Below are positions 56,205 to 64,000 of a stretch of DNA of 64,000 bases, piece after piece (position 1 is the first letter of the stretch; each line of letters begins with the position of its first letter). The DNA is from Leptolyngbyaceae cyanobacterium. Lineage in GTDB: Bacteria; Cyanobacteriota; Cyanobacteriia; Phormidesmidales; Phormidesmidaceae. The notes beneath the pieces are model-generated. The model ran no database searches, was not told the origin of the DNA, and saw nothing but the letters and a program-made list of their open reading frames with translations. The translations under genes and the position numbers were made by a program. The DNA is taken from positions 384,001 through 448,000 of the forward strand of contig CBDHHL010000056.1 in NCBI GenBank assembly GCA_965263355.1, written 5' to 3'.

Positions 56205-57353
56205 TCAGCCCCTATACTGATTCACCACATCATCATAAATGGCTTCTAATTGATGCGTATTTTTACGTAAGTCGAAGTTGCTAGCTACATGGGTCTGTCC
56301 AGCTAGGGCAAAACGCTGTCTCAGTTCTGCGTCCTCTAGTAAACGGATTAGATGTTTAACTAGCTGGTCCAAGTCCTTTTCCGGGGCAAGCAAACCCGTT
56401 TCACCATGAATTACAGCTTCCGAGATACCGCCAGTGTTAAAACTGACCACTGGGAGTCCCATCGCTTGGGCTTCAGCAAATACCATGCCAAATCCTTCAG
56501 CATCACCTGATTGAGCAATAATACTGGGACCACAAAATACCTGGGCTCGGTTCATCCAATGGCGTACTTGCTCGGGCGGCTGTTTACCTAGAAATTGGGC
56601 ATTTACTGAGAGCTGCTTAGCGCGGGTTTGGAGATGCGATCGCAATGGCCCATCGCCGATAACTACCAACTGAGCATTGGGCAATTGACGTTGGACAGCA
56701 GCCATAGCTCGCACTAGATACTCTCCCCCTTTTTTCTCAACTAGTCGTCCTACAAATAGGACAACAGGCTCTCTCACCTGATCTGCATAGGGTTGAAAGA
56801 ACTGACGATCAATCCCGATATAGTGCACCAAAATTTTTTCAGCAGCGCCTCCCCTGAGCAACAATTGATCACGAATGAAATGAGACACAGCAATAATTTG
56901 ATTAGCAGCTCCCAGGGCTCGATCTCGCTTATGCAAGAGTAGTGCCCTAAAAAAGTCCCCCTGACTGCGTACTGTTTTCCAATCAGGCGTATCCCAGGTG
57001 GCATCATATCCATGAAATGTCACCACAAGAGGAATCTTCAAACGTTGACACAAGGGAAAAACCAACCCACCATCACTACCAAAATGGGCATGCACTAAGG
57101 TAGGCCTACACTGTCTGAGAATCCCCGGCCATTGAGGATGAATAATACCGGCAAATTTGTACAGTCCTTTCCAAAAAGGACGAGGAAAGGCATAGTCCTC
57201 TAAAACAATAATTTTCTGCTTTTGAAGAGTTTCTGTCAAACGGCTAGTCCCAACATAGATACTTTCATAACGCAGTAAACTATCGCCCTGGGCAGGAATA
57301 AATGTTTCCGAATAGGGTAAAAGCTGATCACGATAGATTAAAACCGTGGACAT
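56205..57353 (-). CDS. Glycosyltransferase family 4 (WcaL-like)
   Basis: SETFI, VHAHFG, TFHGYD, FVGRLVEKKG and GDAEGFGMVFAEAQAMGLPVV. Confidence 0.92.
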   Translation of the reverse strand: MSTVLIYRDQLLPYSETFIPAQGDSLLRYESIYVGTSRLTETLQKQKIIVLEDYAFPRPFWKGLYKFAGIIHPQWPGILRQCRPTLVHAHFGSDGGLVFPLCQRLKIPLVVTFHGYDATWDTPDWKTVRSQGDFFRALLLHKRDRALGAANQIIAVSHFIRDQLLLRGGAAEKILVHYIGIDRQFFQPYADQVREPVVLFVGRLVEKKGGEYLVRAMAAVQRQLPNAQLVVIGDGPLRSHLQTRAKQLSVNAQFLGKQPPEQVRHWMNRAQVFCGPSIIAQSGDAEGFGMVFAEAQAMGLPVVSFNTGGISEAVIHGETGLLAPEKDLDQLVKHLIRLLEDAELRQRFALAGQTHVASNFDLRKNTHQLEAIYDDVVNQYRG

Positions 57354-57397
57354 GAGGGGGACTCTGACAGATTTAGTTAAGTTTCAATCGAAAATCG

Positions 57398-58447
57398 CTA
57401 GAATTTAAACAATTCAGTCGTTTTCTTAGCCCGGTCGGTCTTTTTACTCAGTTCTTTGGCCGACATCGACTTAGGGTAAAGGGACTCGTTATTGCCAACA
57501 AGGTACTGTTTCAGGGCATAAAAGGGACTTAAAAAGCTACTAATCAACAACTGTAACTCAGCCGCCGATACCACATCATTTTGTGAGTAATCATAATGAT
57601 TGAGCAGATGTGATAATAGCCTGCGGGCATCATTTCCCATAAATAAAAGTATCCACAGTGGTCGTTTCCAGAGAGGTAAGGTGACCATGCGAGTGGTATA
57701 TTTGCTCAAACCAATGCCATGACAAAAGCGCAACAAATAGTTTTTCTCAAACCGCCAACTTGGAATTTGATGATCGATATGCATCAGCGGATTAAACCAA
57801 ATTTCCCAGCCAGCTTTTTTTAAGTGCAGTAACGCTTCTATATCTTCTCCTTTACCGCTTAAGGAACGTCCCACAGGTCCCCGTAGCGTCAGAGGATAAG
57901 GAACATGGGCTAACCAAAGCTGACGTGAAATCACAAGACCAGCCCCTGGTGGCACTAGATTAGTCATAGCTCGCCATCCTGCCGTAAAACAAATAACGTC
58001 ATCGCGTTCCACTACAGGAATAAAGGCAGCGATGCGTTCAAAATTTGCAGGTGGCGCACTCTGATAATTTGGATGAATCTGCCCACCAAAGGCAGCTGCC
58101 CGAGGGTGGGCACAGGCAAATGTATAAGCTGCCTGCACCCAGTCAGAAGCAGGAATATTATCATCATCTAAAAAGCCAATCCACCGACCTCGGGCCTCTA
58201 GAATTGCGCGGTGGCGGGCAAACGATGCTCCCTGACGAGTTTCTAAAACATATCTTAAGGAACAAGCAGTCCAGGTCTGCTGGTACTCATAAACTACATC
58301 AGCTGTCCGATCAATACTGTTATTATCAACAATAATGACTTCCCAATGAATGTTATCAACCATAACCTGAACATTGAGAGCATCTAAGATTTTAGGCAGT
58401 ATTGAAGCACCGTTATAAAGACGAATAGCAACTGAAAAATCAATCAT
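57398..58447 (-). CDS. hpsE: GT2 glycosyltransferase, HpsE-like (hormogonium polysaccharide family)
   Basis: DFSVAI..YNGA, IVDNNS, GFLDDDNIP..WVQAAY.F...HP.A, PPGAGLV, and AGWEIWFNP..HQIPSWR match recalled HpsE-family pattern. Confidence 0.65.
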   Translation of the reverse strand: MIDFSVAIRLYNGASILPKILDALNVQVMVDNIHWEVIIVDNNSIDRTADVVYEYQQTWTACSLRYVLETRQGASFARHRAILEARGRWIGFLDDDNIPASDWVQAAYTFACAHPRAAAFGGQIHPNYQSAPPANFERIAAFIPVVERDDVICFTAGWRAMTNLVPPGAGLVISRQLWLAHVPYPLTLRGPVGRSLSGKGEDIEALLHLKKAGWEIWFNPLMHIDHQIPSWRFEKNYLLRFCHGIGLSKYTTRMVTLPLWKRPLWILLFMGNDARRLLSHLLNHYDYSQNDVVSAAELQLLISSFLSPFYALKQYLVGNNESLYPKSMSAKELSKKTDRAKKTTELFKF

Positions 58448-59014
58448 AGATTTAAGGAAAGCTACAATCGCCTAAGCACCAAAAGTAACTTGTCTTACTA
58501 AACTTCGCTAAAAGTAAGGCTAGGGAACTTAATTAACATGATTTGGACTACGCCACAGTTAATTTATAAATGAGACCATAGGTCCATATTAATACCTAGG
58601 ATAGCAATTCAAAATTATATGAACCCTTGGTAGCACCAAAGTATAAGGTCAATAGATTGATAGTATTCACATAGTTGACATTACCGATACCTAAACCTCC
58701 TTACAAGGGAATCGGCGTTTTTACCATATCAGAATCCTAACGGGCTAGTTCACCTTACTCAAAAGGCGTACTTCTGACATCAGCCAAACCAGCAAAACTC
58801 TAAAAATTTATGGCTAAATCACTATTTTATTAAGTATTTGAGAACGAAACATCTAGCCCCTTGTTAGTCGACATATTTCGCTTCATCACATCAAGCAAAA
58901 GCCCCCGGTTACTAACCCATTAGATACGCTCTAATGAAGTTTGTGACCAAGGGCTCTTAGAACAGTGGATTTAGCCGCTGACATGCACCAACGGTAGCTC
59001 ATCTATACCATTAT

Positions 59015-59707
59015 CTATGTAAGAGCTTTTTTGTTCATACTGTACTTGCCGCCACGGCCACGATACCACTCATTGGTACGGGCACCAGCCGATAAAATAT
59101 TAGATACCCGGTTACGAGCTTTCAAGAAAGTTGCTTTGGGCATATCATTTTTGAAGATTGCCTCCATCACTTCAGCAATTTTGAAGGCTTCATCGGGCTG
59201 AGCCTTCAAAATATTGGCAACAACATCAGGCAGAGGAGTCTTCCGGAAAGGATCTTGGACATAGCGCTGCCAATTAGGAGACTTACCACCACGGGGCTTA
59301 CGAGCTGGTTTGGCAGGAGCCTCAGCCACAGCCACAGTCGCTTTTACTTTCGTTGCTTTTACCTTCGGTGTAGCCTTCACTTTAGTGGCTGTTTTTGTAC
59401 CTGGCTTACGACCACGACGTTTACCAGGCTTCTTAGCCGGGGCTGGTTCAGCCTCAAGCTCATCCTCATCTTCATCCTCATCTTCATCTTCATATTCATC
59501 TACAACGCTAGCAACCGCACTGGTTAGAATTTCAGTAACATTGGCAGCAACACCATTAGCGCCCCCTGTTGCCTGAAACATATTGATAACAGTCTGCAGT
59601 CCTTCACGCTGTTTTTCTGCAGCAGAAAGCTGCTCACTTAGTGCTTGAACTTGAGAATCAAGTTGGGATTTAACTTCCTCAAGTTGATCAAGGACATTGG
59701 TAGCCAT
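59015..59707 (-). CDS. Hypothetical protein with coiled coil, acidic tract, Lys/Ala-rich region and helical C-domain; possible DNA-binding protein
   Basis: DEYEDEDEDEDEDELE, then KKPGKRRGRKPGTKTATKVKATPKVKATKVKA. Confidence 0.75.
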   Translation of the reverse strand: MATNVLDQLEEVKSQLDSQVQALSEQLSAAEKQREGLQTVINMFQATGGANGVAANVTEILTSAVASVVDEYEDEDEDEDEDELEAEPAPAKKPGKRRGRKPGTKTATKVKATPKVKATKVKATVAVAEAPAKPARKPRGGKSPNWQRYVQDPFRKTPLPDVVANILKAQPDEAFKIAEVMEAIFKNDMPKATFLKARNRVSNILSAGARTNEWYRGRGGKYSMNKKALT

Positions 59708-60228
59708 ATCGAATTAAACCTCACTTTGTTGCAATGAATGGAGCGATATTTGAGAAGGATAGTCTCATTAGTTTTTTAATTCTACAAACATATAGCATTA
59801 ATTCAACAAGTTTTTAACACCAAAAAGATACCCAAACACAAAAAAGTAATATCATCGGATGATTTTTTGGCTGTCAACAACGCTAAAATACGGCACCCGA
59901 TCATCCATACAATCACCAATTCTTTGGTTGAGCCTACCAGAGGAATGTTTTTCAACTAACCCTAAAATCTTCTGTTATCAAGGGTTTTAGCTAGAACAGA
60001 GTGCAAGAGACAGCCTCAATAAGAGTCCTATGGGGGAGCTTCTCCATCCCTTCATCCAGACATCGCTCCACACCTTAAATCTTATTATTTATTGGGAAAG
60101 AATTCCTAATATATCCTCAAAAAATTTGAGAGTAGAACAATGAAAACTGTTAACGATGAACTAAGTCTCCCTCTTTAAAGAATAAAAGTAGTTCCCATGA
60201 ACTACTTTTATTCTTTGTGCTAAGTTTT

Positions 60229-61014
60229 TTATCCCCAACGAGTTGATTGTATATCGGGAGGAACATCCTGAAGTCGTCCTGGCCCAATGGCTTTAATCGC
60301 TTCAGATAAATCCACATTGCCAGTGTATAAGGCTTTCCCAACAATCACGCCGCTCACACCCAAAGGAGCCACACCTAACAAACTCAGTAAATCGCTCATG
60401 GAACTGACACCGCCTGAGGCAATGATAGGAGTATCAATTTTTCTGGCTAGTACTCTCAATGCCTCTAGATTTGGGCCTTTAAGAGTACCATCCCGTTTAA
60501 TGTCGGTATAGATAATGGCCGCTGCTCCCAAGTCTCCCATACGATGAGCGAGATCATTGGCCATAACAGTCGAGGTTTCAATCCAGCCACGGGTAGCGAC
60601 TCTACCATCACGAGCATCAATCCCCACAAAAATACGTCCTGGAAATTCACTGCTAAGTTCTCCCACTAAATCAGGGTTCTCCACTGCAACAGTGCCTAAA
60701 ATGGCGTACTGCACCCCCAAGTCGAACAGCTCCCTGACTCGGTTGCGATCGCGTAATCCTCCCCCCACCTGTACGGGGACATTTACCGTCTTAACAATCT
60801 CTGTAATTGCTTGCCAGTTCTCGGGTTTACCAGCTTTAGCACCATCTAGGTCCACCAGGTGAATGCGAGTGGCTCCCTGCTCTGCCCAGCGGCAAGCAAC
60901 AGCAACCGGATCGTTATCAAAGACCTGGGATTGGTCATAGTCTCCTTGAAATAAACGAACACAGCGACCGCCGAGTAAATCAATGGCAGGGATCACGTCC
61001 ATGGTCAGAATCAA
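60229..61014 (-). CDS. hisA: ProFAR isomerase HisA (start probably ATG at 61002)
   Basis: [47 protein letters not shown] and ASGGV. Confidence 0.97.
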   Translation of the reverse strand: MILTMDVIPAIDLLGGRCVRLFQGDYDQSQVFDNDPVAVACRWAEQGATRIHLVDLDGAKAGKPENWQAITEIVKTVNVPVQVGGGLRDRNRVRELFDLGVQYAILGTVAVENPDLVGELSSEFPGRIFVGIDARDGRVATRGWIETSTVMANDLAHRMGDLGAAAIIYTDIKRDGTLKGPNLEALRVLARKIDTPIIASGGVSSMSDLLSLLGVAPLGVSGVIVGKALYTGNVDLSEAIKAIGPGRLQDVPPDIQSTRWG

Positions 61015-61105
61015 GCCTTACATAAGGGTGAGCAGTGGTTCAAATTGTACAGAAAAAGTGAGGAGGCAAAAGATAGAAATGCAGTAAACAATAAAACTCA
61101 TCCCC

Positions 61106-61924
61106 CTAAGGATTGTCCGTAATGTTATCTAAAAGTTTAGCAATCTGGTCACGGTCAGGAGCGTCTGGGCTTTGCCCTAAATAGGTTTCTAAGTCACTAC
61201 GGGCTGCCAACAGGTTTTGTAGTTGATAGTAAATTAGGCCGCGATCTCGACTGTTACTAGGCTCATTGGGAAACAGCAGCAGCAAATAATTGAGGATTGT
61301 CAATGTCTGGGACAAATCGCGTCGGTTGAGATAAATCAGCTTGAGGTTGTTAAGCAACCGAGCTAAGAAGGATTTAGCAGTAATTGGCGCAAGATAAGTA
61401 GTATTCCAGGCTGCTTTCACGCCATATAACCGATGGAAAATGGCCTGACAGTCAGTCGCAAAAAGTACCTCTCCTTGATTAAACGGGTCGATATAAACCT
61501 CCATATCCGTCACCGTAGGCCGCACCAAAAAATGTCCTGGCATACCCACACCCACCATCGGAAAATCTAGACGCTGAGACACTTCTAAATACACCAGTGC
61601 TAAGGTAATGGGAATGCCCAGACGTCTTTCGAGCACCCGGTTAAGGTAACTATTGTCGGGATCGTAGTAGTCAATCTGGTTACCACTAAACCCTAGCTCC
61701 CCATAGAGCTGTTGATTAATGGCTTGAATCGTTTTAAGTGGATAGCAGGAAAGGTTGGGTCTGATAGCCTTTGCAAAATCGTCAAACTGTTTATAAAACA
61801 AGGCGGGATCAAGATCAGGATAATTTTCTTGGGCCGGACAAAGGGCTGCTGCCGCCAGGTTAAGTGTAGGTTCGGAGAGCAACTGACGAAACCGCTGTTG
61901 GGCACGGGAGAAACGCAAGGACAT
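61106..61924 (-). CDS. SirB1-family (transglutaminase-like + TPR) protein
   Basis: GFSGN..DYYDPDNSYLNRVLERRLGIPITL, GVGMPGHFL and RDRGL. Start moved to ATG 61924 to avoid overlap with the upstream gene. Confidence 0.9.
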   Translation of the reverse strand: MSLRFSRAQQRFRQLLSEPTLNLAAAALCPAQENYPDLDPALFYKQFDDFAKAIRPNLSCYPLKTIQAINQQLYGELGFSGNQIDYYDPDNSYLNRVLERRLGIPITLALVYLEVSQRLDFPMVGVGMPGHFLVRPTVTDMEVYIDPFNQGEVLFATDCQAIFHRLYGVKAAWNTTYLAPITAKSFLARLLNNLKLIYLNRRDLSQTLTILNYLLLLFPNEPSNSRDRGLIYYQLQNLLAARSDLETYLGQSPDAPDRDQIAKLLDNITDNP

Positions 61925-61943
61925 GGAAGTAGTGGGTACTAGT

Positions 61944-63500
61944 TTAAGGGGTATCTGAGTGAGTGTTGTAGTCGCTGCCACTGCCATAGACCAGGGCCTC
62001 TCGCCAGCGTCGCCAATAGTAACCAGCGTTTTTAGGTGAGGTGGACAATATCTGATTTAACAGACTGTAAACAGCCAAACTAAGATAGTGTCCAGTCCAG
62101 TCTAAAACGGCTGGAACACCGACTTGAGGCAAAATTTTGGCAACAAGCATAGGGTGATCAATGGAAGTCCTTAGCAACGTCTTTGCTAAGGGCAAAAACT
62201 GTACAACATCTTGCAGAAACGGGCGTAGTATCGGGTCACCCAAAGCAGCCATATCTTGAAAGATGATGGTTAGCAGGCTGTTTATTTGATGTTGATCAAG
62301 GGATTGATCGACACTAAGACTCATCGCTTTTTGGAATAACCAGGTTACTGCGATATTGGGTTGATAGGGTTGTAACCAGCCAAGGGCAGAAGCATTGAGC
62401 TGATCATACTTGAGCGCATCATCAATGCCTTCACCTAAGCGACCCAGGTGACGAATCATGGCACCAAAGCCACCAAAACTTAGAGGAGATTGGTGCCCAC
62501 TGGCATCTCCAACAGCCAAGACTCGGTCCCAAGAAAAACGTAAGGGACTATTGCGATAGGCTGGGAAAAACCCAAATAAGGCCCGCTTAAAATGGAGTTG
62601 CTCTAGGGAAACACCTTGGTAGTCGGGGAGTAGCTGAAAATAATCTTCAAATAGCTCGTTTAAGGTAAGCCGTTCGGGATGCGCATCGAGATAAGTAAAC
62701 AGATAAGTAGTACGACCATCGCGGGCAGGGAAAGCTTCCCAAAAATATTGACACTGATGCTTGATCGGTGTGAATGAGGTAATTAAGTCGCCGGTTTGAT
62801 TATGGCGATAACCAGTGGCGCAGGTACCCACAACAAGACAGACAGCATCCGGTTTTTCTCCCTGACGCGCCTGTTGCACCATGGGGGAGAAATGGCCCAT
62901 AGTGTCGATTAGCAAACGGGTGGTTAAGCTTTTTTTGCCAGCGGTTACCAAAACGCCATCTGGAGCCACCCGAGCCGTCGAGAATGGCGTCTGTTCCAGT
63001 AGTTCACCACCCGCCCCTAGAAAAACCTGTTTCAAGGTTTCCAGCAGGTACACTGGGTCAACACCCACATTCAGGACATCTTGCACCCAGAGATCATCAC
63101 CGCCATCAAAACAAATGCGGGCTGGATTATATTCCGTTGCGATCGCAATCTCTAAGTCAGCCTCACTTAAAAGGCCCAGTTCAACCAATGTACTTAACTC
63201 ACTACGAGAAATATTCCACTCCTGCTCTCGACCCTTCAGGATATTTCGTTCCAAAAGGGCTACTCGCCACCCACGACGCACCAATGTAGCCCCCAGTAAA
63301 ATACCAAGGGTGCCTCCACAGATAACGACATCATAGCTATCGACTTGCGTCTCCAAAGCTAAGGGAGCAGCCTGGACCGAGACCACATTAGGTATGGGAA
63401 TCTTGCCATGGCGATAGTCATGCCAGCGGGCATCAGCCCGCTGGAGACCGTTGTAGGGATTGCCAGAAAGGGATTGAAGGATAGTTTGGGTATGGGACAT
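61944..63500 (-). CDS. cruP: FAD-dependent oxidoreductase, CruA/CruP lycopene-cyclase family (CruP-like)
   Basis: YDVVICGGTLG, GREQEWNISRSEL, QYFWEAFP, GDASGHQSPLSFGGFG and PFLQDVVQF. Confidence 0.65.
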   Translation of the reverse strand: MSHTQTILQSLSGNPYNGLQRADARWHDYRHGKIPIPNVVSVQAAPLALETQVDSYDVVICGGTLGILLGATLVRRGWRVALLERNILKGREQEWNISRSELSTLVELGLLSEADLEIAIATEYNPARICFDGGDDLWVQDVLNVGVDPVYLLETLKQVFLGAGGELLEQTPFSTARVAPDGVLVTAGKKSLTTRLLIDTMGHFSPMVQQARQGEKPDAVCLVVGTCATGYRHNQTGDLITSFTPIKHQCQYFWEAFPARDGRTTYLFTYLDAHPERLTLNELFEDYFQLLPDYQGVSLEQLHFKRALFGFFPAYRNSPLRFSWDRVLAVGDASGHQSPLSFGGFGAMIRHLGRLGEGIDDALKYDQLNASALGWLQPYQPNIAVTWLFQKAMSLSVDQSLDQHQINSLLTIIFQDMAALGDPILRPFLQDVVQFLPLAKTLLRTSIDHPMLVAKILPQVGVPAVLDWTGHYLSLAVYSLLNQILSTSPKNAGYYWRRWREALVYGSGSDYNTHSDTP

Positions 63501-63691
63501 GGAAAAAGGAGAGCAATGAAGCAGACAAGGGGATAAAGATAGGGAAGAAGGGGGGACGGTGTGCCCACCAACGGAAAAGAATCATGGAAACCCCGAAAAC
63601 AGACACCCATGATTTTCAGAAACACGGCAAATGAACATCACCCACCAAAAGGAAATAGGGTAAAACAGCCATATACCATCCAATCCAAAAA

Positions 63692-64000
63692 TCACACCCG
63701 TGTTTCCAACATTAAGGATGTCCCAACCCAATCACCCGTATCATCATAATCGCGCACAATGCGTTGGCGTTGTTGAGGCGAAAGATACCAACAAAGTTCT
63801 AAGCGGACATTCTGGTGTTGTGGTAGGTTGGGATAAATCATACAGCTCACACCACCAGGCAGCAGCCACAGTTGTAGCGACTGATCAATCGCTTGCCAAC
63901 GATGCTGATCAACTAGCGTGAATCGTTGCATCTTAAATCTCCGCTCCTCCCCCTCAGTGCCCCATGTTAGAAGTAGCTCATCGTTTGATTGTTGGGCCTG
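63692..64000 (-). CDS. DUF3598-family protein, 3' part (runs off the window)
   Basis: Frame open to the window edge; C-terminus LLPGG..LELCWYLSPQQRQRIVRDYDDTGDW...ETRV. Confidence 0.65.
   Translation of the reverse strand, partial: QAQQSNDELLLTWGTEGEERRFKMQRFTLVDQHRWQAIDQSLQLWLLPGGVSCMIYPNLPQHQNVRLELCWYLSPQQRQRIVRDYDDTGDWVGTSLMLETRV

Overview
Chromosomal segment of a cyanobacterium, probably a non-heterocystous filamentous Leptolyngbya-like strain. Support: HIP1 GCGATCGC octamers, ndhL-DUF3007-trpA synteny, a tRNA-Leu(UAA) with a group I intron, and a hetZ homologue. The left end (1-10.1 kb) is an AT-rich Wzx/Wzy-type exopolysaccharide locus: partial polymerase-like membrane protein, two sulfotransferase-like genes, flippase, GT4, and divergent wza-wzc. 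The middle (10-38 kb) is mostly housekeeping (dinB, ilvC, gatA, glgC, a MacB-type ABC pair, an OmpR regulator, hetZ-like, larC, ndhL, trpA). It also holds a PEP-CTERM protein, a decayed HsdR-N-like nuclease and several repeats. The most interesting element is a four-gene operon at 38.7-49.6 kb: a secreted DUF11/SdrD-B-like adaptor, a 1167-aa predicted outer-membrane beta-barrel, a beta-helix/OmpA protein and a 1439-aa repeat adhesin. The adhesin's last Ig-like domain lacks its final Asn-bearing strand, and a matching strand sits at the mature N-terminus of the adaptor. This suggests an uncharacterised surface fibre or adhesin export system using donor-strand complementation, possibly isopeptide-locked (inference). 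A second glycan-modification cluster follows (pyruvyl transferase, three more sulfotransferase-like genes, glycosyltransferases). The right end has an H1-like basic protein, hisA, a SirB1-like gene, a CruP-like gene and a partial DUF3598 gene. All family calls come from motif recognition by eye, with no database searches.
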